Origin: an uncultured Candidatus Binatia bacterium
GTDB taxonomy: Bacteria > Desulfobacterota > Binatia > Bin18
Reading direction: 5' to 3'
Assembly (NCBI GenBank): GCA_965214605.1
Contig: OZ243961.1
Location: 1,536,001-1,600,000, forward strand
Length of the DNA: 64,000 bases
This document shows, piece after piece, positions 32,529 to 44,741 of this stretch. The translations under genes were made by a program, and so were the position numbers. Positions within the stretch are counted from its first letter, which is position 1. Each line of letters opens with the position of its first letter. The notes under the pieces are model-generated. The model was given only the letters and a program-made list of their open reading frames with translations. It ran no database searches and had not been told where the DNA came from.

Positions 32529-33371
32529 CTACTCGGCCACACCTTTGACCAGAGGAGTCGAACCTAGGATGTCCTGCTTGGGCAGGGCGTGCTTGAGGCC
32601 GGCAACAAACTGTCCGACCTGGGGGAGGAGATCAGCCTGTCCCTGATGGGTCTCAATGATCTGCGATATGGCGCTGCCGACAATGACGGCATCGGAAATC
32701 CGGGCCACTTCGGCCGCGTGCCGGGGCGATGAAATACCAAAGCCTACGCCTACTGGAAGCGGCGAAATGGCTCGAATCCGCCGCACCATCTCCGATAAAT
32801 CGGCCGGAAGCGAGGCGCGGGCACCAGTCACGCCGGTCACCGCGACATAATAGACAAAGCCGCGGGCGTGGCTGAGAACGGCGTCGATCCGGTCCAGAGA
32901 ACTGGTCGGCGCCAGCAGGAAGATGAGGTCGAGATCGTGCGTATCGGTCTCACGTTTGAGTTCATTGGCTTCCTCGGGCGGCAGGTCTACGCACAACACG
33001 CCATCCACCCCGGCGGTCCGCGCGTCACGGGCAAAACGTTGGCAGCCGTAGCGGAAGATCGGATTATAATAGCTGAACAGAATGATCGGAACGCTCAGCG
33101 ACTGGCGGAGGCGCTGCACTAGTTCAAGAACGCCCGCCAGTGAGGTGCCGTTCCGCAAGGCGCGTTCAGCCGCCCGTTGATGAATTGGCCCGTCGGCCAT
33201 AGGATCGGAAAAGGGCACGCCAAGTTCAATAATATCGGCCCCCTGACGGGTGAGCTCGTGGACCAGCCCAAAGGTGGTCTCTAAATCAGGATCGCCGGCC
33301 GTAATATAGGGGATGAGCACGACTTCTTGGCGCGCACGCAGCGCGGCGAAGGTGTCGGTAATCCGCGTCAT
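32529..33371 (-). CDS. trpA: Tryptophan synthase alpha subunit
   Basis: [26 protein letters not shown]. Confidence 0.97.
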   Translation of the reverse strand: MTRITDTFAALRARQEVVLIPYITAGDPDLETTFGLVHELTRQGADIIELGVPFSDPMADGPIHQRAAERALRNGTSLAGVLELVQRLRQSLSVPIILFSYYNPIFRYGCQRFARDARTAGVDGVLCVDLPPEEANELKRETDTHDLDLIFLLAPTSSLDRIDAVLSHARGFVYYVAVTGVTGARASLPADLSEMVRRIRAISPLPVGVGFGISSPRHAAEVARISDAVIVGSAISQIIETHQGQADLLPQVGQFVAGLKHALPKQDILGSTPLVKGVAE

Positions 33372-34576
33372 CCTCTCCCCCCTCCCATACGGGGTGTCTG
33401 TTCCACATACCGGGCGACACTCTCAAGATCTTTGTCACCCCGTCCAGACACATTGATCACCACCGTCTCGTCCGGCCGTAAGCGCGGTACCAAAGACACC
33501 GCATAGGCAATAGCGTGGGCACTCTCCAGCGCAGGGATGATGCCCTCTGTCTCGGCTAACAGCTGAATGGCAGCGACGGCTTCGTCATCCTTGACCGTGA
33601 CATACTGGACGCGATGCCGATCGTTGAGATAGCTCAGCTCTGGTCCAACTCCAGGATAGTCCAGACCGGGAGCGAGGGAATAGGTGTCCTGAATCTGGCC
33701 CATCTCGTCTTGTAGCACATAACTCTTGCTGCCGTGCAGGACGCCGACGTGACCGCCGCTGATCGAGGCGGCGTTCTGTCCAGGACCGAGGCCGCCTGCC
33801 TCGACCCCAATCATACGAACCTGACGCATCTGCACAAAGGGAGAGAATAAACCTATGGCGTTGCTACCGCCGCCGACACAGGCAATCAGATAGTCAGGCA
33901 AACGGCCGGTCTGTTTGCGTATCTGTCGTTTGGTCTCACGGCCAATCACCGACTGAAAGTCGCGAACCAGCATGGGATAGGGGTGCGGTCCAGCTACGGT
34001 TCCAATCACATAAAAAGTGGAGGTGACTTGGGTGATCCAATCCCGTAGGGCCTCGTTCATGGCATCTTTGAGCGTGCGTGTCCCGGCGCCAACCTCACGC
34101 AGTTTGGCGCCCAGCAGGCGCATCCGAAAGACGTTTGGCGCCTGGCGAACCATATCATCGCTGCCCATGAAGACCTCGCACTCAAAACCGAACAGGGCGG
34201 CGACCGTAGCGGTCGCCACGCCGTGTTGGCCGGCTCCGGTCTCGGCAATCAGCCGTCGTTTGCTCATCCGTTTGGCTAGCAGAGCTTGCCCGATGGTATT
34301 ATTAATCTTGTGCGCCCCGGTGTGACACAGATCTTCTCGCTTAAGATAGATCTTGGCCCCCTTCAGACGTTGGGTGAGACGCTCAGCAAAGGTCAGAGGG
34401 GTTGGACGGCCAACATATTCTTGACGGAGGGCACGTAGCTCAGCCTGAAATGTTGCATCACGCCGACACTGACGATACAAGTGCTCCAGTTCGATCAGTG
34501 CCGGCATCAAAGTTTCGGCAACATACCGGCCTCCATACGGACCAAAATGGCCATGACTGTTAGGCTGTCTTCGCAT
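33368..34576 (-). CDS. trpB: Tryptophan synthase beta subunit
   Basis: HTGAHKINN (PLP Lys), [18 protein letters not shown]. Confidence 0.97.
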   Translation of the reverse strand: MRRQPNSHGHFGPYGGRYVAETLMPALIELEHLYRQCRRDATFQAELRALRQEYVGRPTPLTFAERLTQRLKGAKIYLKREDLCHTGAHKINNTIGQALLAKRMSKRRLIAETGAGQHGVATATVAALFGFECEVFMGSDDMVRQAPNVFRMRLLGAKLREVGAGTRTLKDAMNEALRDWITQVTSTFYVIGTVAGPHPYPMLVRDFQSVIGRETKRQIRKQTGRLPDYLIACVGGGSNAIGLFSPFVQMRQVRMIGVEAGGLGPGQNAASISGGHVGVLHGSKSYVLQDEMGQIQDTYSLAPGLDYPGVGPELSYLNDRHRVQYVTVKDDEAVAAIQLLAETEGIIPALESAHAIAYAVSLVPRLRPDETVVINVSGRGDKDLESVARYVEQTPRMGGGRG

Positions 34577-35180
34577 ACTGGATAAAGGCGTGGAGTTTGT
34601 CGGCATCCTTTTGCCCTGGGGCGCGCTCTACACCGCTAGCGACATCGACCGCCCAGGGCCGCACGGTGCGGATTGCGGTGACAACATTCTCAGGCTTTAG
34701 GCCACCGGCCAGAATAAGGCGTTGACGCTGGTCTTCGGGCAGCTCGGCCAGTTGCTGCCAGGCAAAGCTGGCCCCGGTCCCTCCGTATCGGCCCGGACGA
34801 TAGGTGTCAAGCAGTAGATAATCGGCCGGATGGGCTTGCCAGCCTGGAGAGAGCGGTTGAGAACCAACACGCACGGCTTTAATCGTTTTCTTCTGCCAGC
34901 CACGGCAATCTGCCGGGGTTTCATCACCGTGGAACTGTACGGCGTGCAGGCGAAGCTGCTCGGCCAGTGTCGCTACATGATCTCGCTGAGCATTGACAAA
35001 AACCCCGACCCGCCAGACTGTAGGCGGGATGATCGCACAGATTGCTCGGGCGGTTTGCTCGGACACGCAGCGTGGGCTGGGCGGGTAGAAGTTGAGCCCA
35101 ATCAGATCGGCACCGGCCTCAACCGCCAGACGTGCGTCCTCAACACTGGTAATGCCACAGATCTTAACCCGGATATCCAT
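34560..35180 (-). CDS. trpF: Phosphoribosylanthranilate isomerase
   Basis: [31 protein letters not shown]. Confidence 0.95.
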   Translation of the reverse strand: MDIRVKICGITSVEDARLAVEAGADLIGLNFYPPSPRCVSEQTARAICAIIPPTVWRVGVFVNAQRDHVATLAEQLRLHAVQFHGDETPADCRGWQKKTIKAVRVGSQPLSPGWQAHPADYLLLDTYRPGRYGGTGASFAWQQLAELPEDQRQRLILAGGLKPENVVTAIRTVRPWAVDVASGVERAPGQKDADKLHAFIQYAKTA

Positions 35181-35202
35181 CTGATACTGAGAGAGATGCG
35201 CC

Positions 35203-35985
35203 TCATGGAGCAGTCTGGAGCATCCTCCGGAGGGGTCCGCCGGGATCTGGGGCAGCCATGAACGTCTCACCGATCAAGAACGCCTTGACACCCTGCGCTT
35301 CGAGCTGAGCCAGTTGCTCGGCACGCGACAGACCACTCTCTGATACAACAGTCACTCCGGCTGGAATATACCGTAGCAGGCGCTCGCTTGTCTTGATGCT
35401 GGTATGGAACGTCCGCAGATCGCGATTATTGATCCCCAGCAGTGAAACCTTACAGACCAAAGCTCGTTCGAGTTCGGCCTCGTCATGCACCTCAACAAGA
35501 CAATCGAGCCCGAGAGAGTCGGCCAACGCCGCTAATTCCTGGAGCTGTGTGTCTGACAAAATAGCGACGATCAGCAGGATGGCACTCGCCCCATACGACC
35601 GGGCTTCGTACACGTGGTAGGGATCAAACACAAAATCCTTACGCAGCAGCGGCAGGCTGACATGGTTCCGAATCAGGCTTAAATAATCCAGATGACCCTG
35701 AAAAAACTTCTGGTCGGTCAGCACCGAGATGGCAGCTGCACCAGCCTCAGCGTAGGTCTGGGCGAGCTGCAGCGGATCAAAATCAGCCCGGATGACGCCT
35801 TTTGACGGCGAGGCTTTTTTCACCTCAGCAATAATCGTCCGGCCGGGATGGTGCTGAAGCGTGCGCAAAAAGGCGGGAGTCACTGCACGGAAGTGAGCCG
35901 AGTCTTGCAGCTGGGAGAGAGAAACCGTCCGTTTTTGCGCGGCTAGCTCGATCCGTTTGTGGGCAATAATATCATCAAGAATCAT
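35203..35985 (-). CDS. trpC: Indole-3-glycerol phosphate synthase
   Basis: IAEVKKASPSKG, LRKDF, GINNRDL, SESG. Confidence 0.97.
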   Translation of the reverse strand: MILDDIIAHKRIELAAQKRTVSLSQLQDSAHFRAVTPAFLRTLQHHPGRTIIAEVKKASPSKGVIRADFDPLQLAQTYAEAGAAAISVLTDQKFFQGHLDYLSLIRNHVSLPLLRKDFVFDPYHVYEARSYGASAILLIVAILSDTQLQELAALADSLGLDCLVEVHDEAELERALVCKVSLLGINNRDLRTFHTSIKTSERLLRYIPAGVTVVSESGLSRAEQLAQLEAQGVKAFLIGETFMAAPDPGGPLRRMLQTAP

Positions 35986-37001
35986 ACCGCTTCTGTCAGG
36001 CTCAGAGAAATATAGGCGTCAAGGGTCCGCGCTGCAGCCCCGCTATCGATAGCGGCTTGGGCACGGGCAACCCCCTGGTGTATGGACGAAACGAGATCAC
36101 CGATGTACAGTGCGGCTCCAGCATTGATACACACAATATCACGGGCTGGACCGGGTCGACCAGCAAATATGTGGCGGATGATAGCCGCTGATTCCTGGGC
36201 GCTCCTCACCTGCAGGTCGGATAGCTGGCACGGGGAAAAGCCAAACTCTGCGGGTTGAAGGGTATAGGTCTTCACCCGACCCTCAACCCACTCGGCAACA
36301 TGGCTGGGACCAGACAGCGAGACTTCATCCAGACCGTCCGCGCCATGCACAACCAGCGCATGGCTGCTCCCCAGGCGGCCTAAAGCTTCGGCCAGCGGCA
36401 CTACCCAGTGTTGGGAAAAAACGCCGATGAGTTGGTGTTCAGCCCCGGCCGGATTGGTCAGCGGACCGAGAATGTTGAAAATCGTCCGAATCCCGATTTC
36501 CCGACGCGGCCCGACGGCATAGCGCATTGCCCGATGAAAAGCCGGCGCCAGGAAGAAGCCAAAGCCGACCGTTCGTAAACAATGGGCAACCTGGTCAGGC
36601 GTCAGGTCGATACGTGCCCCGAGCGTTTCCAAGACGTCCGCACCACCCACCGCGCCGGACATGGCGCGGTTACCGTGCTTGGCCACATAGCCGCCAGCCG
36701 CTGCAACGACAAAGGCCGCCGCAGTAGAGATATTAAAAGTGCGGCACCCGTCCCCACCTGTCCCACACGTATCAATCACCGGCTCTAGCGGCTCGACTCG
36801 TATGGCGCGCTCCCGCATCACCCGGGCAGCACCAACAATCTCGGCCACAACCTCTCCCTTCACGTGGAGGCCGGTCAAGAGGGCACCAATTTGGGCCGGG
36901 GTGGCCTGACCGTCCATGATCTCGGCAGTGACTGCGGCCATCTCCTGTTCGCTCAGGTCGTGGTCGCTGACTACACGGGCGATGGCCTCTCGTACCGTCA
37001 T
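35982..37001 (-). CDS. trpD: Anthranilate phosphoribosyltransferase
   Basis: DTCGTGGDG, FNIST, KHGNR, FNILGPLTNP. Confidence 0.97.
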   Translation of the reverse strand: MTVREAIARVVSDHDLSEQEMAAVTAEIMDGQATPAQIGALLTGLHVKGEVVAEIVGAARVMRERAIRVEPLEPVIDTCGTGGDGCRTFNISTAAAFVVAAAGGYVAKHGNRAMSGAVGGADVLETLGARIDLTPDQVAHCLRTVGFGFFLAPAFHRAMRYAVGPRREIGIRTIFNILGPLTNPAGAEHQLIGVFSQHWVVPLAEALGRLGSSHALVVHGADGLDEVSLSGPSHVAEWVEGRVKTYTLQPAEFGFSPCQLSDLQVRSAQESAAIIRHIFAGRPGPARDIVCINAGAALYIGDLVSSIHQGVARAQAAIDSGAAARTLDAYISLSLTEAV

Positions 37002-37010
37002 AGGCCGCTC

Positions 37011-37694
37011 TTAGTGCGAAACGGGGTAGGCCTGGACGAACGTCTTCTGGCGCCGAAAGCGCGAGACCGCAGCCTTGGCCTCTAGCTCTTTAAAAGGGCC
37101 GACTCGGACCCGGTACCACACCCTGCCCTGCCGGACCACCTTGCTGAGCGAGGGGCTATAGCCCTGCCGGCGCAGGTGCTGCACCGTTCGCCGAGCTGCT
37201 TTTTCCTGAGTGGTGGCCTGGACCTGAACACTCCACAGCCTTGAGTCGGGCAGTCGTTTTTCTTGGGATGCCACCGTTGGTGTGGGTCGTTTTTTTGGCG
37301 TGGTATCCGCTCTCGCCGGGGGCTTGGCCGCCGGCTTGTCGGCCACGGGCTTGGATTTGACTCGCTGGACAGGCAACGGCGCGGGACTCGGCGGCTCAAC
37401 GATCTGTTTCAAGGCCAGCCGTTCTTGGACCGGCTGGTCGTGGGCTGAGACTACCGGCTGAGGACCAGCCGGAGAGGTCGGTAGCAAGGCGGGTGAGCGG
37501 TCGAGAAGGGCGGTTTTTGACTCCCCAACAGGCACCCGAAGCGGTTTGACCTGTTCGACCGTTTTCTGAGCCTGGACCTCTTTCCCAACATAGATACCAA
37601 AGACAAAAATGAGAAAGGAAACAAACAAGCCGCTTACCACGAGCATGCTTCCTTCAACCACATTCACCTGTAAGCTATAGCATCGTTGTGCCAT
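37011..37694 (-). CDS. SPOR domain membrane protein (FtsN/DedD-like)
   Basis: N-terminal TM, Pro-rich linker, WSVQVQA...WYRVRVGPF. Confidence 0.85.
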   Translation of the reverse strand: MAQRCYSLQVNVVEGSMLVVSGLFVSFLIFVFGIYVGKEVQAQKTVEQVKPLRVPVGESKTALLDRSPALLPTSPAGPQPVVSAHDQPVQERLALKQIVEPPSPAPLPVQRVKSKPVADKPAAKPPARADTTPKKRPTPTVASQEKRLPDSRLWSVQVQATTQEKAARRTVQHLRRQGYSPSLSKVVRQGRVWYRVRVGPFKELEAKAAVSRFRRQKTFVQAYPVSH

Positions 37695-37863
37695 ACTGTT
37701 TGTCCGGGCCTGGCCATCAGAACACTAGGGAGGAGACATCTGACACCCCTCCTGTCTGATACTCTCTCGGCTCGTCGCGCCCGCTCCTCCCACTCCTCCG
37801 ATATTGAGCCGGGCCTGCCCTCACAGCTGGCTCGCTTATTGCACGGCCGTCCGGCTCTAGCCT

Positions 37864-38241
37864 TTAGTCGGTTGCCGTCTCTGCTTCACGTTCGGTGAAC
37901 TCAATTAAGGATAGCGGAGCCGCGTCGCCGCGTCGAGGGCCAAGCTTAATAATACGGGTATATCCACCAGCACGATTTTCAAAACGTGGGGCAATGTCGT
38001 CAAACAAACGCGAGACTAGAGCCCGACTACCCAACTGTGCGTATGCCAGACGGCGAGCGTGCAGGGTATTCCTCTTGCCCAAGGTAACAATACGGTCAGC
38101 CCAACGGCGGAGTTCTTTGGCCTTGGCGTCGGTCGTTTGGATTTGCTCACGTTGGATGAGCGCCTTGAGCAGGTTGCGGATCAGCGCTCGGCGGTGGGCC
38201 GCGGTACGGTTCAGTTTTCGTCCGGCTTTAAGGTGTCGCAT
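37864..38241 (-). CDS. rplQ: 50S ribosomal protein L17
   Basis: [13 protein letters not shown]...GGYTRIIK. Confidence 0.97.
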   Translation of the reverse strand: MRHLKAGRKLNRTAAHRRALIRNLLKALIQREQIQTTDAKAKELRRWADRIVTLGKRNTLHARRLAYAQLGSRALVSRLFDDIAPRFENRAGGYTRIIKLGPRRGDAAPLSLIEFTEREAETATD

Positions 38242-38284
38242 GACTGTGTATCGTGTATCTCGTGTTCCACGGCGCACGGAGATC

Positions 38285-39313
38285 TTAGGAGCTGAGATCG
38301 GACTCTTGTTCTGCCCGTATGCGGTCAAGCTCTTCGCGTGAAGGAAAGTCGCCGAGTTGGAGTCCCAACTCAAGCCCCATGCTCTGGAGGGTTTCCTTGA
38401 TTTCGTTTAAGGATTTCCGACCAAAGTTCTTTGTCTTGAGTAGCTCTGGTTCGCTGCGCTGGACGAGTTCACCCACATAGCGCAGATCGGCACTCTGCAG
38501 ACAGTTGGCGGAGCGCACCGACAGGTTTAATTCTTCAATCGGTCGTAACAGATTCTCATTCACGACCACAGCCGGCTCTTCGCTGGTCTCGGCTCCCCAT
38601 TCTTGTTCCTCATCTGGGCCGACAAAAACGCTGAGCTGAGCTTGAATAATCCGGGCCGCAGCCGCAACCGCCTCTCCCGGCTTCAGGCTGCCATCGGTCC
38701 ATACTTCGAGGGCCAGCCGCTCATAATCAGTCCGCTGGCCTCTCCGCGCGTTGGTGACAGCGATATTGACCTTGCGAACCGGAGAAAATGCCGCGTCTAG
38801 CGGAATCGTGCCAATGGGATCTTCTTCAGATTTATGCCGCTCAGCGGTCACATATCCCCGACCGGTTTGGACGACCGCCTCAAATTCAAGGCTGGCGTCT
38901 TTCCCTAAGTTGGCCAAACGTTTGTCAGGGTTCAGAACCTCGATCTGAGCACCAAGCGTCAGGTCGGCCGCGGTCACCTCACGTTGGCCCTCTACGTTGA
39001 GCCGGATCGTCTCCGTCGTCTCTTTGTCGGTGTTGTCAAGCCGAAAGCGGACTTCTTTGAGGTTTAATAAAAGGTCAGTAACGTCTTCGGTCATCCCAGA
39101 CACGGTTGAGAACTCGTGCAAAACCCTGTTGATGCGAACTTTGGTAATCGCTGCGCCGGTCAGCGAAGAGAGCAAGACCCGACGTAAGGCATTCCCTAGG
39201 GTTGTGCCAAAGCCACGCTCAAAAGGTTCTCCGATAAAGCGGCCGTAGGTTGAGGTCAGGGTCTCTTCCTCAACGTCGAGCGTCGTGGGTTTGATAAGAT
39301 CATTTTTCTGCAT
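38285..39313 (-). CDS. rpoA: RNA polymerase alpha subunit
   Basis: [33 protein letters not shown]. Confidence 0.98.
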   Translation of the reverse strand: MQKNDLIKPTTLDVEEETLTSTYGRFIGEPFERGFGTTLGNALRRVLLSSLTGAAITKVRINRVLHEFSTVSGMTEDVTDLLLNLKEVRFRLDNTDKETTETIRLNVEGQREVTAADLTLGAQIEVLNPDKRLANLGKDASLEFEAVVQTGRGYVTAERHKSEEDPIGTIPLDAAFSPVRKVNIAVTNARRGQRTDYERLALEVWTDGSLKPGEAVAAAARIIQAQLSVFVGPDEEQEWGAETSEEPAVVVNENLLRPIEELNLSVRSANCLQSADLRYVGELVQRSEPELLKTKNFGRKSLNEIKETLQSMGLELGLQLGDFPSREELDRIRAEQESDLSS

Positions 39314-39383
39314 GGTGTATCTTCCAGGCCACCTATTCCCGCTACTCGGGCGACATGCCATACCCACTCACGCCGCTAGGACG

Positions 39384-40016
39384 CTAGACTTTCGAGTAGA
39401 GCTCAACAATCAGTTGTTCATTGACCGGAACGGTGAGGTCGGCCCGTTCGGGAAGGGCCTTCATTTTGCCAACAAACGTATCCTTCTCAACCTCTAACCA
39501 TTCTGGCACGCCACGTCTTTGGGCCAGGTCAGCCGCCTCTTGGATGCGGGTAATTTTGCGGCTGGCCTCCCGGACCTGGACCTCATCACCAATGGCGACC
39601 ATGTATGAGGGAATGGTCACCCGATGATTGTTGACCAGAAAGTGTCCGTGCCGGACGAGCTGTCTGGCTTCTGAGCGGGAGGTCGCAAATCCCATCCGAT
39701 ACACCGTATTGTCAAGACGGCGCTCTAGGAATAAGAGCAGGTTCTCTCCAGTGACACCACGTTGACGTTCGGCTAAGGAGAACATCCGCCGAAAGGGCTT
39801 CTCCAGATATCCGTAGATGCGTTTGAGCTTTTGCTTCTCGCGCAACTGGATACTGTACTCGGTCGCCTTCCGTCCTCGGCCCTGGCCGTGCTGTCCCGGC
39901 GGATAACTCCGCCGTTCTATCGCACATTTATCAGTGTAGCAGCGCTCTCCTTTGAGGAAGAGCTTAATGCCTTCTCGCCTGCACAAGCGGCAGACCGGCC
40001 CGCTGTATCGCGCCAC
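39384..40016 (-). CDS. rpsD: 30S ribosomal protein S4 (Zn-motif type)
   Basis: [21 protein letters not shown]. Confidence 0.98.
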   Translation of the reverse strand: MARYSGPVCRLCRREGIKLFLKGERCYTDKCAIERRSYPPGQHGQGRGRKATEYSIQLREKQKLKRIYGYLEKPFRRMFSLAERQRGVTGENLLLFLERRLDNTVYRMGFATSRSEARQLVRHGHFLVNNHRVTIPSYMVAIGDEVQVREASRKITRIQEAADLAQRRGVPEWLEVEKDTFVGKMKALPERADLTVPVNEQLIVELYSKV

Positions 40017-40133
40017 AAAATCCTCCAGCTTCCATATACCTTACCTTTGGTGGGGGCTATATCTTGTCAGTAGTAGCTCACTCTCTCCCTTATGAGTTTT
40101 GCTCTTTTGACTGACTTATCTTCCTCGGTCGTC

Positions 40134-40532
40134 TCATACCCGCCGCCGTTTTGGGGGACGGCAGCCGTTATGCGGAATCGGGGTGACATCTCGGATAACG
40201 CTTACGGCAAACCCGGTGGCTTGAAGCGAGCGCAGGGCCGATTCCCGACCCGCCCCTGGTCCCTTCACATGTACCTGAACGGCACGCATCCCGGCGTCAG
40301 CCGCTTTCCGAGCCGCGCTTTCAGCAGCCATTTGTGCGGCATACGGGGTCCCTTTGCGTGAGCCTTTGAAGCCCACACTGCCCGAGCTCGCCCAGGCGAC
40401 GGAATTCCCCTGGGGGTCGGTAATTGTCACAATAGTGTTGTTGAAAGTCGAGTAGATATGAACGACACCTTCTGGAACAGACCGTCTAATGCGTTTCCTG
40501 CGTGTCGAAGCACGCTCACCGGCTCTGGCCAT
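40134..40532 (-). CDS. rpsK: 30S ribosomal protein S11
   Basis: [24 protein letters not shown]. Confidence 0.98.
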   Translation of the reverse strand: MARAGERASTRRKRIRRSVPEGVVHIYSTFNNTIVTITDPQGNSVAWASSGSVGFKGSRKGTPYAAQMAAESAARKAADAGMRAVQVHVKGPGAGRESALRSLQATGFAVSVIRDVTPIPHNGCRPPKRRRV

Positions 40533-40556
40533 GGCAGGTTCTCCTTCAGCTGCGGA

Positions 40557-40937
40557 CTAGCGGACCGGTGCCTGTTTTTTCCCGGCTACCGTGCGTTTAG
40601 GACCTTTTCGCGTCCGTGAGTTTGTCTTGGTCCGTTGTCCTCGGACCGGCAGGTTCTTGCGGTGACGGACACCTCGGTGAGAACCGATGTCGATATAGCG
40701 CTTAATATTCCCGGTAACGTCCCGGCGCAGATCACCCTCAACCCGATAGCTTTCCTCAATAACACGGCGGATAGTAGCGACCTCGTCATCGTTTAAATCA
40801 TCGGTGTTCCGCTCCAGCGGCACGCTGGCTGCGGTAAGGATGTCAGTTGCCGTCTTGCGGCCAATTCCATAGATGTAAGTGAGACCGATTTCGATCCGCT
40901 TATTCCGGGGCAGTTCAATCCCGGCGACACGTGCCAT
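40557..40937 (-). CDS. rpsM: 30S ribosomal protein S13
   Basis: [17 protein letters not shown]. Confidence 0.98.
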   Translation of the reverse strand: MARVAGIELPRNKRIEIGLTYIYGIGRKTATDILTAASVPLERNTDDLNDDEVATIRRVIEESYRVEGDLRRDVTGNIKRYIDIGSHRGVRHRKNLPVRGQRTKTNSRTRKGPKRTVAGKKQAPVR

Positions 40938-40964
40938 GGTTCTTCTCCCTGTCTTCGCTGGGTA

Positions 40965-41078
40965 CTAGCCTTGGCGCTGTTTGTGGCGTGGATTCTCACA
41001 AATAACGCGCACTTTTCCAAAACGGCGAATCAGCTTGCATTTCCGACAAATCCTTTTGACTGAGGCCCGAACCTTCAT
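40965..41078 (-). CDS. rpmJ: 50S ribosomal protein L36 (not in the ORF track)
   Basis: Manual translation [37 protein letters not shown]; GGAGGAG RBS. Confidence 0.97.
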   Translation of the reverse strand: MKVRASVKRICRKCKLIRRFGKVRVICENPRHKQRQG

Positions 41079-41101
41079 AATACGGCTCCTCCCTAGCGAT
41101 C

Positions 41102-41869
41102 TTAGAGCTGGCTCAGAATCTGTGGTCCGCGCTCAGTAATCGCAATAGAGTGCTCAAAATGCGCCGACAAGCTACCGTCTTTTGTTACCGCAGTCCAGGC
41201 ATCGTCTTTCATCATGACCTCCGCCCGTCCCATATTGACCATAGGCTCAATAGCCAGGACCATCCCTTCACGGAGGCGAACCCCACGATTTTTTGTACCA
41301 TAATTGGGTACGGCAGGATCCTCATGCAGACGTCGCCCTACACCGTGGCCGACAAACTCACGCACAACAGAAAAACCCTCTCGTTCAACGCGTTCTTGGA
41401 TCGCAGCCGACACATTCCCCAGCCGGCTGCCGACTTGGGCCTGAGCGATTCCTTCTTCAAGCGATTCAGCCGTTGTCGTCAGCAGTTTGTGGACCCGCTC
41501 TGGGGCGGATCCGAGAATGAAGGAGATAGCGGCGTCCCCGTAGAATCCCTCATAGATAACGCCAAAATCAAGACTCACAAGGTCTCCGTCTTGGATGATC
41601 CGGGCGGTATTCGGAATTCCATGCACAATTTCATTGTTAATCGACACACAAATTGTGGCCGGAAACGGTACGGCTCCGTTACGGATGGTATAGCCTTTAA
41701 AGGCAGACCGCGCGCCCTTTTTCCGAATCAGCTCGGCGGCCCGGCGATCAAGATCGCCTGTTGAGACTCCAGATCGCACCTGCTCTCGCAGCTCAGACAG
41801 GATCTCAATCACAATCCCGTTTGCTTTTCGCATGATTTCGACTTCGTGTGGTGACTTGAGGAAGATCAT
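41102..41869 (-). CDS. map: Methionine aminopeptidase type I
   Basis: IVHGIP, DFG, GDAA, GHGVG, IEPM, HFEHS. Confidence 0.97.
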   Translation of the reverse strand: MIFLKSPHEVEIMRKANGIVIEILSELREQVRSGVSTGDLDRRAAELIRKKGARSAFKGYTIRNGAVPFPATICVSINNEIVHGIPNTARIIQDGDLVSLDFGVIYEGFYGDAAISFILGSAPERVHKLLTTTAESLEEGIAQAQVGSRLGNVSAAIQERVEREGFSVVREFVGHGVGRRLHEDPAVPNYGTKNRGVRLREGMVLAIEPMVNMGRAEVMMKDDAWTAVTKDGSLSAHFEHSIAITERGPQILSQL

Positions 41870-41896
41870 AAACCTACGGGGGGGAGTAGCGAATGA

Positions 41897-43207
41897 CTAT
41901 CCTCTACGGCCCCGAATACGGCCCCGTTTCATAAACCCGTCATAATTCCGCATCATGATCTGGGTTTCCATTTGGCCAATCGTATCAAGAGCAACACCAA
42001 CCACAATAAGCAGTGCCGTGCCGCCAAAAAAGAAGGGAACGTTAAAGGAACTGACCAGCAGGTTAGGGATCACGCAAATAATGGCCACATAGATGGCGCC
42101 ACTTAAAGTGATGCGGCTCAGCACCCGATCAATGTATTCGGCCGTCCGTTGCCCCGGTCGAATGCCAGGGATAAACCCTCCATATTTCTTCATATTGTCG
42201 GCGACGTCGGTCGGATTAAAGACTACCGCAGTATAAAAATAACAGAAGAAGATGATCATGGCCACATAAGCCAGGTTGTAGAGGGAGCTGCCCGGAGCCA
42301 GGATATTAGCCACGGTTTGTGCCCACAGATGCTCGGAGAATCCGGCTATAGTCACCGGAAAGATTAAAACGGAAGAGGCAAAAATCGGTGGAATGACCCC
42401 AGCAGTATTGATCTTCAACGGCAAATGTGAACTCTGCCCGCCGTAGACCTTTCGACCGACCATACGTTTTGCGTACTGAACCGGGATACGACGCTGGGAG
42501 CGTTCCATGAAGATGACCGCCCCAACAATGGCTACCATGCCAACCAGCAGCAGGACCACGGTCAGAATACCCAGCTCGCCCTCACGTACAAATTCAGTAG
42601 TCGCGGTCACCGCTGAGGGAATACTAGCCACAATACCGGCAAAAATGACCAGGGAGATGCCGTTGCCAATGCCCCGCTCGGTAATCTGTTCGCCCAACCA
42701 CATGATGAAGGCCGTGCCAGCAGTGAGGGTAATCATGGCCATAATGCGAAACCCCCAACCAGGCTCAAACACCACGGAACTGCCGCCCGGAGCCTGGATC
42801 TGCTCCAGGCCGATACTGATGAAGAAGCCTTGCAATAGCGATAGCCCAACCGTGCTGTAGCGGGTGTATTGGGTAATTTTTCGTCGGCCCAACTCTCCCT
42901 CCTTAGACAGGCGTTCGAGGGTTGGGACCACGACGGTCAAGAGTTGCAGGATGATAGAGGCGCTGATGTAGGGCATAATGCCCAGCGCAAAAATTGAAAA
43001 GCGCTCCAGGGCTCCGCCAGAGAATAGGTTGACCAGACCAAAGACGCTGCTCGCCGCTTGTTCAAAAAAGGTAGCCAGCGCCTCTCCGTCGATGCCCGGT
43101 GTAGGGATAGCCACACCAATACGATACACCGCCAACATGCCGAGGGTAAAAAATAGGCGACGGCGCAGTTCCGTAATCTTGGCAGCGTTTTGGAAGCCTT
43201 CGAGCAT
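41897..43207 (-). CDS. secY: Preprotein translocase SecY
   Basis: SIFALGIMPYISASII, GIGNGISL, FIPGIRPG. Confidence 0.98.
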   Translation of the reverse strand: MLEGFQNAAKITELRRRLFFTLGMLAVYRIGVAIPTPGIDGEALATFFEQAASSVFGLVNLFSGGALERFSIFALGIMPYISASIILQLLTVVVPTLERLSKEGELGRRKITQYTRYSTVGLSLLQGFFISIGLEQIQAPGGSSVVFEPGWGFRIMAMITLTAGTAFIMWLGEQITERGIGNGISLVIFAGIVASIPSAVTATTEFVREGELGILTVVLLLVGMVAIVGAVIFMERSQRRIPVQYAKRMVGRKVYGGQSSHLPLKINTAGVIPPIFASSVLIFPVTIAGFSEHLWAQTVANILAPGSSLYNLAYVAMIIFFCYFYTAVVFNPTDVADNMKKYGGFIPGIRPGQRTAEYIDRVLSRITLSGAIYVAIICVIPNLLVSSFNVPFFFGGTALLIVVGVALDTIGQMETQIMMRNYDGFMKRGRIRGRRG

Positions 43208-43209
43208 GA

Positions 43210-43647
43210 TTATCCGACCTCAGCCACTCCTCCCGCAGCGATGATTTTCTCACGTGCCTGTCGACTGAAGGCGTCGGCTCTGACGGTTAGCGCCTTAGTG
43301 AACTCCCCGCTTGCCAAAATTTTGATCTTTTTCCTGCCTCGAACCAAGCCCGATTCACGCAGCACGTTGGCATCAACACGCGTTCCGGCATCAAAACGTT
43401 CGAGGCTCCACAGGTTTACGACCTGATACTCGGTCCGAAACGGGTTGTGAAATCCACGTTTGGGTAGGCGTCGGGCCAGCGGCATTTGGCCGCCCTCATA
43501 GCCGGGCGACAGCGTAGCACCGGAGCGCGAGCCCTCGCCTTTATGCCCTCGCCCGGCGGTCTTACCCTGGCCCGAGCCAAGCCCGCGGCCGAGCCGTTTA
43601 CGATTTTTTGTTGACCCGGCGACTGGTTTGAGATGACTAAGATCCAT
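43210..43647 (-). CDS. rplO: 50S ribosomal protein L15
   Basis: [25 protein letters not shown]. Confidence 0.97.
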   Translation of the reverse strand: MDLSHLKPVAGSTKNRKRLGRGLGSGQGKTAGRGHKGEGSRSGATLSPGYEGGQMPLARRLPKRGFHNPFRTEYQVVNLWSLERFDAGTRVDANVLRESGLVRGRKKIKILASGEFTKALTVRADAFSRQAREKIIAAGGVAEVG

Positions 43648-43840
43648 GCGCCCGTACCTCGATAAGATGGTGGACTTTTCGAATCATGCCCTGAAGCGAG
43701 GGCGAATTGTGACGCACCACGCTCTTTTCTCGACGGGTTAGGCCAAGCCCGCGCAGCGTCTCACGTTGGCGGCGAGTGTGACCAATCCCGCTCCGTTTAA
43801 GCGTAATTTCTAATACAGCCGGACTTGGTATTTCACTCAT
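43637..43840 (-). CDS. rpmD: 50S ribosomal protein L30
   Basis: ITLKRSGIG...TLRGLGL...[10 protein letters not shown]. Confidence 0.92.
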   Translation of the reverse strand: MSEIPSPAVLEITLKRSGIGHTRRQRETLRGLGLTRREKSVVRHNSPSLQGMIRKVHHLIEVRAHGS

Positions 43841-43847
43841 AGCGCAC

Positions 43848-44360
43848 TTAGCCCTGTAATTCCTCGACGTTCTTTCCCAGGCGTTTAGCAACTTGCTCGG
43901 GCAGGGCCAGACTGCGCAGTGCTTCTAAAGTTGCCCGGACAGAGTTGTGAGAGTTGGTAGACCCCAGGCATTTTGTGAGTGCGTTGCGCACTCCGGCCAG
44001 TTCCATGACGGCTCGGACTCCACCACCGGCGATCAGACCAGTCCCTGGCGAGGCCGGCTTCACCAGGACCCGTCCGGCTCCGTGTCGGCCAACGACCTCG
44101 TAGGGCAGCGTTCCCTCAATGAGCGGCACATGAATCAGAGATTTTTTGGCCCTTTCCACCCCTTTACGAATGGCTTCCGGAACCTCATGCGCCTTTCCGA
44201 GTCCATAGCCGACATGGCCCTCTCCATCTCCAGCTACGACAACCGCGCTAAAGCTAAAGCGCCGCCCGCCTTTGACCACCTTGCTGACCCGATTGATATG
44301 GACAACACGCTCTTTAATATCAAGTTCGTCGGCATTGATTCGTTCATCAGCGGGAGTCAC
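43848..44360 (-). CDS. rpsE: 30S ribosomal protein S5
   Basis: [16 protein letters not shown]. Confidence 0.97.
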   Translation of the reverse strand: MTPADERINADELDIKERVVHINRVSKVVKGGRRFSFSAVVVAGDGEGHVGYGLGKAHEVPEAIRKGVERAKKSLIHVPLIEGTLPYEVVGRHGAGRVLVKPASPGTGLIAGGGVRAVMELAGVRNALTKCLGSTNSHNSVRATLEALRSLALPEQVAKRLGKNVEELQG

Positions 44361-44371
44361 ACTTCTACTCC

Positions 44372-44737
44372 TTAAAATTGCAGTCCAGCCTCGCGGGCGG
44401 CTTCGGCAACAGCTTGGATTCGTCCGTGATATAGAAAACCGTTGCGATCGAAAACGACACGCTCAATACCCCGCTCCTGGCATTTCCGGGCGATCAGCGT
44501 TCCAACCGCCTTGGCTGCATCAACGCCGGAGATTTTTTTGGTTTGGTCGAACTCGTTCGACAAGGTTGAGGCCGCTAGCAAAGTTTGCCCGCTCTGGTCG
44601 GAAATCACCTGGACATAAAAATGTTTACTGCTCCGGTAGACGCTCAAACGAGGGCGGTTATCTGTTCCCCGCACGCCTCGGCGAACCCGCTTTTTCCGGA
44701 CCAGCCTGCCGTGTTCCCGCATATGTGTCCGCGCCAT
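44372..44737 (-). CDS. rplR: 50S ribosomal protein L18
   Basis: [21 protein letters not shown]. Confidence 0.97.
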   Translation of the reverse strand: MARTHMREHGRLVRKKRVRRGVRGTDNRPRLSVYRSSKHFYVQVISDQSGQTLLAASTLSNEFDQTKKISGVDAAKAVGTLIARKCQERGIERVVFDRNGFLYHGRIQAVAEAAREAGLQF

Positions 44738-44741
44738 CGTC

